Positions 50,339 through 60,451 of a stretch of 64,000 nucleotides of DNA are shown here, in pieces. Origin of the DNA: Elsinoe ampelina (taxonomy: Eukaryota); the NCBI GenBank assembly GCA_010093995.1, contig ML992501.1:1018632-1082631 (forward strand), in the 5' to 3' direction. The translations under genes were made by a program, and so were the position numbers. Under the pieces are notes generated by a model, which was not told the origin of the DNA, searched no databases, and was given only the letters and a program-made list of their open reading frames with translations. Numbering within the stretch: position 1 is the stretch's first letter; every line of letters starts with the position of its first letter.

Positions 50339-51115
50339 GTCTTCGAAGCAGTACGATTGCTGTAGTCACTGATGGTTGCTGGCACACAAACGCTAGCAAC
50401 ATGTACTCCCAAAATGTAATGACTGATTTGCCACATCTACTGTTGTCCTTCGTTTCATAATGTGTCGTACATGCAGGACCAAAGACCAGCCACGTGGTCC
50501 TCTCCACTTCTGCTCTGTAGCCCCCGACCACGTGCTCATGCTGCGATTTAGGGCTATTTTGCTCATCTCCACATCTCGTCCATTGTGCTCCGAATACACT
50601 CCGCTCTGCATCAAAGGCCGACATAGCCGAAACATGACGGCACATATCGATCCCCACGCTCAATGCTTCCCGAAGCTTGGTCGATCAAGCTTCTATCACA
50701 GATCCATTTCGAGACCCATTTCTCATTCGACATCCCGCACTCCGCGGAACCTCCTCCCCGGCTTTTGACTGCCAGCGTTCTCGCCCCAGAAATTCGTGTT
50801 CTGATTTTAATTGCCGACATTGCTTCTATACCCACCACATGTCGAGCTTTGAAGATCAGGATCGGATGCCTACAACCAAGCTACGTCTTTAGAACCATTT
50901 GACTCTGCTGTTCTCCACATTTATTCTTGATTCGTCAGTGGTTTTCTGGTCAAACCCACAGTCTTGCCTCAGACACCAGGACTTGCCGAGTACACATCTC
51001 GCCTTTGGATATCACCTCGCATAAGTTATCACCCTCTTACACAATCTCGCATCAAGGCACCCACACACCCTTGTCACCACTGCTAGATATCTCGGACAGC
51101 AGCATCCCAGACAAG

Positions 51116-51936
51116 ATGGCTCAAGTCGACAACAATATCGCCGGCCGCCTTGCACTCATCACCGGAGCCTCTGGAGGGTACGTCACGTGACATCAGATGT
51201 CCCACTATCCGCCAACATATTGACCCATCTCAGCATAGGCTCAGCCTGCGCACGCATGCTCCACGGGCTCGGCGCCCACCTTGCCCTCACATACAGCAGC
51301 AACGCCGCTTCCGTCCAAGACCTCATCGTCTCCCTCCCCTCAAAAGCCGATCAAAAATGCTCATCCCACCAAGTTGACGTCGCCAACGCCGATGACCTCG
51401 CCCGCCTTTTCGACGAGATCAAAGCCCAACACGGCCGCCACCCAGACATCCTCATCTCCAACGCCGGCTACGGTAAACGCATTTCAGACATCGTCGACAT
51501 TCCCCTCGAAGAATTTGACAAGATGATGACTGTCAATCTCCGCGCGAGCTTCATCTTATCCAAACTCGCAGTGCCACACATGTCCTCCCAAGGCTGGGGT
51601 AGGATCGTATTCGTCTCCTCCATCGCTGCCGTCGGCGGAGGGATCAACGGCTGCCACTACGCGGCCTCGAAAGCCGGCCTGGCAGGCATGATGAAGAATC
51701 TCGCGCAGAAGCTGGCAAAGGACGGCATCACGGTGAACGACATCTCGCCTGCGATGATTAGCGATACGGGGATGTTGAAGGATGCGAAAGCTGTTGAAGG
51801 GACGGCGGGGGATGTCAAGAACATTCCGGTTGGAAGATTGGGGACGCCGGATGAGTGTGCGAATGCGGTCAAGATGGTTGTTGAGACGGGATATTTGACC
51901 GGACAGAGCATCTTCTTGACGGGAGGGTTGAAGTGA
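51116..51936 (+). CDS. Short-chain dehydrogenase/reductase (FabG-like); intron 51178-51233
   Basis: ALITGASGG|IG, SNAG, SS, YAASKAG, PVGRLG.P.E, YLTGQ. Confidence 0.92.
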
Positions 51937-52850
51937 GGATACGGTGTGGACGGGAAATGGATCTTCAGCGTGCAACAGAGAGGAGTGGCAGGCGAACAGC
52001 TCATGAATTGTGATTCCAATTTTCTGGATGATAAAAGCGTCTTCGACCAACCTTGGGCATTTCGAGTGGTTAAGACGATTGACCATTGAGTGTGCTTGCT
52101 GATCGATTGTTTGAATCGTCCAAGAATCAATGGTCCAGAACTCGAAGCCAATGCAACCAATCCTACGGCGCGCCGCAAGTGCATAAACGATCGTTCCTGC
52201 CAAAACATCACTGGAAATGATCCAAACGGGCCTAGCTTGATCCGTCAAACCGCAAGCATTTTCCGTCCCTCTGTCGTGACTTCTAGTTCTGACCATCTCG
52301 GACGAATTTTGGACGTCACCTCGCGATTCTTTGAATCACAGTGCCGCGCATCTTGTGCAACACGTCTGGCCATGCAAATCGGTGTGATCCATCCTAATTT
52401 GTCTTCAGGCTGCACAGCATGCATGCACGATGAAGTCTGCAGCTTCTGCCGGCAGTGCCATCTGGACGAAGATAAGAACACACTCGCTAAATTGTGCCGC
52501 GCCGCCTCGTCTTGGAGGAAGACAGTTTGGTGCTAATTCGTTCATTCTCGCGTTACGTTGCCAAGCTGGGTCACCAAGCTGTATTCTTCTTAAGGTCTTC
52601 GTCTCGATGTCTTCGTCTTGACGTGTTGATGTGTTCCTGCCCGGTTGTGCCGGTCTTTCAACGGTGCAAGACCTGTGTCGTGGTCATGGGTTGAGCCAGA
52701 AAGCATTTTTGTGTGAATAGCCGACGAGTGTTCAGAGGAAGAAGCCGATTGAGCTGAACAACAACTGAGTCAACATGTGAACGTTTGATCTGTTGATTGT
52801 CTCCCGTTTCTCGACCCCCCTTGGTTGTTGTGAGACGCTCTCGTCTTGCC

Positions 52851-53019
52851 ATTTCCCGTTCCGTTTCCCCTCTTATTGGCATTTTCTTCTTGCCGGAGTT
52901 TTCTGCTTGAAAAAAGAAACGGAACGGAATTTCGCATTCATAAATTACCGACCTAGACATTTTTTTTTGTTTCGGAACGGAACCAACGGTGGTGTTGTTG
53001 ACAAATTCCGTTCCGTTTC
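52851..53019. repeat. Cluster of CCGTTCCGTTTC motifs including a perfect 17-bp inverted repeat
   Basis: GAAACGGAACGGAATTT at 52916-52932 and AAATTCCGTTCCGTTTC at 53003-53019; further copies at 52856-52867 and 52973-52983. Confidence 0.65.
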
Positions 53020-54493
53020 AACTCGACTCAAGGCCTCTTCATCCAATTGCTCGATGTTCAGTCAGAGCAGCTCCCGGAAAAAGACATTAGATCCACGAGG
53101 ACGGATTCTACAAGACAAACTCCACTCTAATTGAAGTGTAACTATGAGATGTTCGATCGACAAACGCGGATGATCACGACTGGAGGCAACATAAACGGAT
53201 CTAGGCCAAGGGGAATCGGTTATAACATTCATACGAACGTGATCTTCAACGTGAAGGTGTGAAAGTGTGAAGGTGTCAAGGTGTAACTTAGCTGACAATG
53301 TGAGGATGTGATTGTTTGCCGATGGAAACGGAGACGTGATATTAGGCTGGCGACTCTAACGTCGCGCGTCCACAATCGACGCACGTCCACGAGCGACTCA
53401 CACAAAAAGGCATCAACGAGGTAAATCATATAACGTCGCGCGTCCACGAGTCGCGCACGTCCACGAGTCGCGCACGCCCCTATATATCTAACGCGTAACC
53501 TTCGTGACTATTCTTCCTTCCTACGTGACAAACATCACAATTCGAGCTATTCTATTAAGTTATGTATTCTGAAGCCGATATCGAGGCTGCCCTCCGAGGC
53601 TATCAGAACGATACTTACACCTCTCTTCGAGCTACTGCTGACGCGTTTCAAATTCCACTATCTACACTTCGAGATAGATATACGGCCGACAATCACGTAC
53701 TACACGTAACCTACCGAAGCGATTACTATCTCCGGCCGAAGAATAGACGCTTATAGTCTATATCCTTTAGCTCGATAGCCTCGGTACCCCTGTAACACCC
53801 TCCTTCGTCCGTGAGCTTGTTTATAAGATAATTTAACATCAGTTACGAGTAACTAATAACGAACTTCCCCCGTCTCTTATACATCCTATTAGTAGGACAT
53901 AGATACGTCGATTCTATAAATGTCATCCGGAGATCAAACTACGTCAGTCACGGCAGCTAGAATCGCTACGGTTTAAAGCTGGAACCTATGAGGCTATCGC
54001 GCTGTTCTTTAACGCGTTATCCGACTTGTTTAAAAAACACAACTACCTCCCTTCTGACGTCTATAACCTCGACGAGGTAGGCGCTAGCGTCGGTTTAACT
54101 CAATCGACACAAGTTATTGTCAATTCAGATAATACCCGTCGTCGAAAGAAGGCTAGAAAACGCGTCGTTAGCCGATAAGAGTAGATATTAATCCTCGAGT
54201 GTGTACGAGCCTCTAGAGACGCGCTCCCCCCCCTTATTATATATAAGGCTAAAAACCTCAACACACGCTGGATTCCAGACCCGTGGCCGGCCGGATGGCG
54301 ATTCTTAACATCGAATAAAGGCTGGACAAGTGACGCACACAGTTACGAATGGCTAACGACTATCTTCGAGCCTGAAACACGTAACATCGACGGCTGTCGA
54401 CGCCTCCTTGTTCTAGACGGCTATAGCTCGCACGTTATAGCCGCATTTGCCTTCTTCTGTTTTAAGCACGATATTGACCTTGTTGTCTTTCTA

Positions 54494-56357
54494 ACGTCGC
54501 GCGCCCACGAGTCGCGCACGCCCACAAGTCGCGCACACCTCATTTTTTTTTACGTGTCATCTTCGTAACTATTCTTCCTTCCTACGTGACAAACATCATT
54601 TTTCGAGCTGTTTTATATGTATTCTGAAGCAGATATCGAAGCTGCTCTCCGAGGCTATCGGAACAATACTTACAACTCGATTCGACAAGCTGCCGACGCG
54701 TTTCAGATTCCGCCGTCTACGCTTCGAGATCGATACTACGGCCGACAATCACGATATACTCGTAACGAAGGACGTCAATTACTATCTCCGGCCGAAGAAC
54801 AAACGCTTGTAGGCTATATCCTTCAGCTCGATAGCCTTAGAACACCTGCGACGCCTTGCTTTATCCGTGAGCTCGTTATCGAGATAATTCAACACCGAGC
54901 ACGTATATCGGACAACGAACTTCCCTCTGCTCTATTACACCCTATCGGAAAGACGTGGTTACGGCGACTATATAAACGTCATCCGGAGATTAAGACGCGT
55001 CAATCCCGTCAACTAGAGTCGTCACGGTTTAAAGCTGGAACCTACGAGGCTATTGCGCCGTTCTTTAATGCGTTATCCGACTTGTTCGAAAAGCACAACT
55101 ATCCGCCAACAAACGTGTATAACCTCGACGAGGTAGGCGCTAGCGTCGGTTTAACTCAATCGACGCAAGTAGTAGTCAGTTCAGATCCTAGCCGTCGTCG
55201 AAAGAAGGCTAGAAAACGCGTTGTCGGCCGACAGGAGTGGATATCAATTCTGGAGTGTATTCGAGCCTCCGGAGATGCGCTACCCCCCCTTATAATATAC
55301 AAGGCTAAAAACCTCCAAACAAACTGGATTCCAGATCCGTGGCCGGCTGGATGGCGATTCTCAACATCGAATAAAGGCTGGACAAGCGACGTACACGGTT
55401 ACGAGTGGCTTACGACTGTTTTTGAACCGGAAACACGTGACGTCGACAGTCATCGACGCCTCATTGTTTTAGACGGCCATAGCTCACACGTTACGGCTGC
55501 ATTTGCCTTCTTCTGTTTCGAGCATAATATTGACCTAGTTGTCTTTCCACCACATGCGTCGCATATCCTTCAGCCCCTCGACGTTGCTTGTTTTTCACCG
55601 TTGAAGACAGCCCTTACGAAGGAGATCGACAATCTGATGCGTCTCGATTCAGGCCGAATACACCGAGTACAGTGGACCGAATCCTACGTAAATGCCAGAA
55701 TACGCGCTCTGACCGTAAACAACATCAAATCTGGTTTTGCGCATTCTGGCATCTATCCGATTAGCCCTATTACGGTGCTTGCAAATTTGCCACACGAATC
55801 ACGTGATCGACCAGTTACTCCAACGGAAATTGACCAATCCAGCCGAAACGTCTTGCGGTTAGGGTCGCCACAATCCGGCGCAAGCTTACGTACGGTCAAC
55901 CGTAGTCTGAACGCACGGATGGCCGTCGTCGACGTCGAATCACCAGTAAAGCGATATATCTCAAAAATGACGTCACAGATAGAATCGTCGACGGCGGCCT
56001 TATCACTACTTCAACGGGAGGTTCACCAACAGCGCCAGCTTCTAGAGACGCGTAAGCGTAAGAAGAGTGGTAAGCGCGTCGCTGTCGAAGGCCGCTTCGT
56101 CTTTAGTGAGCAAGAAACGATCGATATCCTTCGTAAAGCTGAAGAAGAGACGAAGAAGAAGAAGGGCAAAAAGCGTAAAAAATCACTTACGCCAGATCCT
56201 ACACCAGAGGTATCGGAAGACGAAGAACCTATTGAGGTACCTGACGACTCAGAAGACGAGCTAGCTTGATTTGATAGAGTAATTGACTATTCTTGTTCAA
56301 AAGTACCTTTTTACGTGCGCGACTTGTGGGCGTGCGCGACTCGTGGGCGCGCGACGT
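54494..56357 (+). mobile_element. Fot1/pogo DNA transposon, inner copy A, intact (1864 bp)
   Basis: Perfect 43-bp TIRs (54494-54536 and 56315-56357); TA TSD at 54492-93 and 56358-59; uninterrupted ORF. Confidence 0.96.
54617..56269 (+). CDS. Fot1/pogo DD35D transposase (HTH-psq, CENP-B-type HTH, DDE_1)
   Basis: SIRQAADAFQIPPSTLRDR, YNLDE, KGWT, LDGHSSH and QPLD with 35 residues between the last two Asp; basic NLS-like tail. Confidence 0.95.
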   Translation: MYSEADIEAALRGYRNNTYNSIRQAADAFQIPPSTLRDRYYGRQSRYTRNEGRQLLSPAEEQTLVGYILQLDSLRTPATPCFIRELVIEIIQHRARISDNELPSALLHPIGKTWLRRLYKRHPEIKTRQSRQLESSRFKAGTYEAIAPFFNALSDLFEKHNYPPTNVYNLDEVGASVGLTQSTQVVVSSDPSRRRKKARKRVVGRQEWISILECIRASGDALPPLIIYKAKNLQTNWIPDPWPAGWRFSTSNKGWTSDVHGYEWLTTVFEPETRDVDSHRRLIVLDGHSSHVTAAFAFFCFEHNIDLVVFPPHASHILQPLDVACFSPLKTALTKEIDNLMRLDSGRIHRVQWTESYVNARIRALTVNNIKSGFAHSGIYPISPITVLANLPHESRDRPVTPTEIDQSSRNVLRLGSPQSGASLRTVNRSLNARMAVVDVESPVKRYISKMTSQIESSTAALSLLQREVHQQRQLLETRKRKKSGKRVAVEGRFVFSEQETIDILRKAEEETKKKKGKKRKKSLTPDPTPEVSEDEEPIEVPDDSEDELA

Positions 56358-59300
56358 TACCTTACGCGTCATATATCCTTTAGCCTCTCGACGTGTCTTG
56401 TTTTTCACCGTTAAAGACAGCTCTTATAATTGAGATTAACAATCTAATGCGTTTCGATACAGGCCGTATACACCGTGTATAGTAGGCCGAATCTTACAAG
56501 CGCGCTAGAACATACGCTCTAACTGTAAGAAATATCAAATCTAGTTTCGAACACTCCGGCGTCTATCCGATAAGCCCTATTACGGTGCTTGCTAATTTGC
56601 TACACGAATCACGTGACAAATTGCCTAATCGGGCAATTACCCCGACGGAAACCGGCTAATTCGACTAAAGAGTCTTACGGTTAGGGTCGCCATAATCCGG
56701 CGCAAGCTTACGTATGGTCAACCGTAGTCTTAACGCGCGTATAGCTGTCGTCGACGTCGAAACACCTATCAAGCAATATATCACGAAAATGACATCACAA
56801 TTCGAATCGTCAATAGCGGCTTTAGCGCTATTACAACGAGAAGTTAAATAACAGCGACAGCTTCTCGAGACGTATAAGTGTAAGAAAAGTAGCAAGCGCG
56901 TCGCTGTCGAAGGCCGGTTTGTCTTTAGCGAGCAAGAGACTATCGATATCCTTCGTAAGGCCGAAGAAGAGACAAAGAATAAGAAGCATAAAAAGCGTAA
57001 GAAATCGCTTACGCCGGAGGATATACCAGAGCCTGAGGAAGAGGAGGAGCTAGAGCCTATCGAGTCTGATTCTGGAGACGAGCTAGCTAAGATTAATAAC
57101 TTAGAGTTATTAACTATTCTTGTTCAAAAGTACTATTTTACGTGCGCGACTCGTGGACGTGCGCGACTCGTGGACGCGCGATGTTAATTGCTCTATCAAA
57201 TCAAGCTAGTTCGTCTCCAGAATCAGGCTATACAGGCATTAGCTCTTCCTCTTCTGATTCCTCTAGTGTAGTTAGCGGCGTAAGCGATTTTTTACGCTTT
57301 TTGCCCTTCTTCTTCTTTGTCTCTTCTTCGGCTTTACGAAGGATATCAATTGTTTCTTGCTTACTAAAGACGAAGCGGCCTTCGACAGTAACGCGCTTAC
57401 CACTTTTCTTACGCTTACGCGTCTCTAGAAGCTGCCGCTGTTATTTAACTTCCCGTTATAGTAGTGCTAAGGCCGCCGTTGACGATTTAAATTGTAACGT
57501 CATTTTCGAGATATATCGCTTGACTAGTGTTTCGACATCGACGACAGCTATACGCGCGTTAAGACTATAGTTAACTGTAACTTACGTAGACTTACGCCGG
57601 ATTATAGCGACCCTAACTGTAAGACTCTTTAGTTGAATTAGCTGTTTTCCGTCGGGGTAATTGCCTAATTAGGCAATTTGTCATGTAATTCATGTAGCAA
57701 ATTAGCAAGCACTATAATAGGGCTTATCGGATAGATACTAGAGTATTCGAAGCTAGCTTTGATATTCTTTTCTATTAGAGCACGGATTCTGGCGTTTACG
57801 TAGGACTTAGTCTACTATGTGCGGTGTATTGGCCTAGATCGAGACGTATAAGATTGTCAATCTCCCTCGTAAGAGCTGTCTTTAACAGTGAAAAACATGC
57901 AATATTAAGCGGCTAGAGGATATACGATGCGTAAGGAAGAAACATAACAAGGTCAATATTATACTCGAAACAGAAGAAGGCGAATGCGGCCGTAACGTGC
58001 GAGCTGTAGCCGTCTAGAACAACGAGGCGTCGACAGCTATCGACGTTACGTATTTCGGGCTTAAACACTGTCGATAACTACTTAAAACCGTGCGTGTCAC
58101 TTGTCCAGCCTTTATTCGACGTTGAGAATCGCTATCTAGCCAGCTACGGATCTGGAATCCAGTTTGTTTGAAGGTTTTTAGCCTTATAGTTAGATGATAA
58201 GGGGGGGAAGTGCGTTTCTAGAGGCTCGTACACATTCCAGAATTAATATCCACTCTTGTCGGCTAATAACGCGTCTTCTAACCTTCTTCTAGCATTAGTT
58301 GTTTTCGGCACTAACGACTACCTATGTCGATTGTGTTAAACCGACACTAGCGCCTACCTCGTCGAGGTTATAGATGTCTAAAGGTGGATAGTTGTGTTGT
58401 TCGAACAAGTTAGATAACGCGTCGAAGAACAGTGCAATAGCCTCGTACGTTCCAGCTTTATAAGTTAGCGTAAAGACTCTAGCTGCCGTAACTAAGCTAT
58501 CTTGATCTACGGATGACGTTTATATAGTCGTCGTATCCATGTTCGACTAATCGGCCGCGATAGAGACGGGGGAAGTTAGTAGTCTGTTTAACATGTTTAA
58601 TGTCGAACTATCTCGTAAACAAGCTTACGGATAAAGTAAGGCGTTATAGGTGTTCTAAGGCTATCGAGCTAAAGGACGTAGGCTACGAGTGTCTATTCTT
58701 CGGCCGGAGATAGTAATTGATGTCCTTTGTTGCATATACGTCGTGATTGTCGGCCGTGGTATCGATATCGAAGTATAGCACGTAGGATTTTAAACGCGTC
58801 GGTAGCAGCGTTTAGAGAGATAAATCGCTCGTGTCGATAGCCGTCTAGGGCGGTAGCGACGTCAGCTTTAGTGTACATAATGAAACAATTTAGATTATGA
58901 TGTTTGTCACGTAAAAAGGAAGAATAGTCACGAAGTACACGCGTAAAAAAAAACGAGGTGTAAGTCGCTCGTGGACGTGCGTCGATTGTGGACGCGCGAC
59001 GTTAACTTAAGTTAGGAGAAGAGTGTGTAACTTATAGGCAGGATCCAGTACAGTGTGACCTTCAAAGGGATGTTCAATGTGTGTAAGTTAAGTCATGGGA
59101 CGGATCTATCCTGCTAGAGCGATATGGAACAATGGCCGAGCAGTGTGAACTTTGTGGACGACATGAGTGAGACGATGTTATGATTGGCAAAAAGACAGCA
59201 TGGCTAACTTAACTTATCTGATCGGACTTGATAGTTTTTTAATCACGACAGAGCGAACATGTTCCAACACGGCTTCTAGACTTCAACATCTCACTCACAT

Positions 59301-59526
59301 GCGAAAGACTGACCACATCACACCCCACCGTTCTACGTCGTGATCATCACGGTGTGACAGAAACCACTGCGCATTCCTCGAGCTCCGAGTCTTCATGGTA
59401 GCATCATTGTGCAAGGGAGATGAGACATGATGTGTGAAAGATGCCAGAAGAGCTGCTCATCGACGGTCCTCAAACCACGTCCCAGCATCTCTCTTTCTCC
59501 CCTCCCCTCTGCACATCCCTTCCATC

Positions 59527-60190
59527 ATGGCTACCACCCTAAAAGCACCGAATGCCTCAACATCGACAACCTCTTCGCCACCCCCCACAACAAGCCCCAC
59601 CAAGTCTCCCTTCCCTCCTACCCCGTCACCTAAGCCCCCACCTGGATCCCCCTCCTCCGGACACCAAGCTCATCGACGCCGGCACCGCCGCCCGCGCCAT
59701 CTATGCCCCACCCACGAATCCAACTTCGACAGCGAAGCCTGGTCACGCACGCACAGCCACCAGACCGTCGTCTCCCAGCACGCAGCCTACTTCGACCAGG
59801 ACAACGAGGAGGTGATCTGACCCTTGGACCCGTACCGTGGGTGCCGCAATCATGGCTAACTTATAGTTACTTCTCCCGCTTTCGATCTTCGCCTTGTTCA
59901 TGATCAATGTCAACTTGTCCTATTTACCCGTCGGTGCCAGAGTGGCTGCCAGACTCTGCCTTTAGGATTTGGTTGGACAGGATGCACAAGGATAAACACG
60001 AGAGTAATAGCATGAGTTTCGACAATGAGGGGCGGTTCAGGCCGCAGATGACTGAGGATTTCTTCGCCAAGTATAACGAGGGGAACAAGGGGGCGTTGGA
60101 CGCGGGGGATTGGTGGGACGCATAAGGGGCAGAGGATGGTGTTTGATTTTTGGGGGTGGAGTGCGAGTGCGCTTGAGTGGTTGGGGAAGG
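59527..60190 (+). pseudogene. Caleosin/peroxygenase pseudogene
   Basis: QTVVSQHAAYFDQDNEEVI*PLDPYRG, LPDSAFRIWLDRMHKDKH, FDNEGRFRPQ...FAKY, GQRMVFDFWGWSASALEW; premature stops and frameshifts; C-terminus missing. Confidence 0.82.
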
Positions 60191-60451
60191 CGGATCAGTT
60201 GGTTCCGAAGAAGCAGGCTGATGCGATTATGGCGGAGAGGAAGAAGGACGCGAAGGAGAGGGCGAATGAGAGGGAGAAGAAGAAACCAGGGTGGATGGAA
60301 GAAGGAAGAGGAGAGACTGCACGGAGAGGACGTTGACGGGAAAGGAGATGACATCTCATGGGTCATTGGCGATAGCCAGGATCAAGTAGTACCGGGATCG
60401 TCTACATGCATCGGTGACTAGCAACAGACGCGAATCGGACACATATATGTG

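Larger units (their letters stand above)
53433..57184 (+). mobile_element. Fot1/pogo DNA transposon, middle copy B (RIPed, split by copy A)
   Basis: 44-bp TIRs with 1 mismatch; TA TSD at 53431-32 and 57185-86; transposase from 53562 with many TAA/TAG stops. Confidence 0.92.
53359..59002 (-). mobile_element. Fot1/pogo DNA transposon, outer copy C (heavily RIPed; own sequence 53359-53432 plus 57187-59002)
   Basis: About 45-bp TIRs ACGTCGCGCGTCCACAATCGACGCACG..., TA on both sides; degenerate transposase from 58878 (MYTKADVATAL) to about 57198. Confidence 0.9.

Noticed and set aside
30369..52000. Starship-like giant element carrying the accessory genes
   Set aside because: No DUF3435 tyrosine-recombinase captain or boundary repeats are visible in the window.
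51556..52694. ORFs of 148-246 aa downstream of the SDR
   Set aside because: Partly antisense to the SDR, non-ATG starts, no recognisable motifs or splice structure.
53433..53476. 18-bp tandem units resembling a CRISPR-like array
   Set aside because: They are internal direct repeats of the Fot1 TIRs; eukaryotic context, no spacers, no cas genes.
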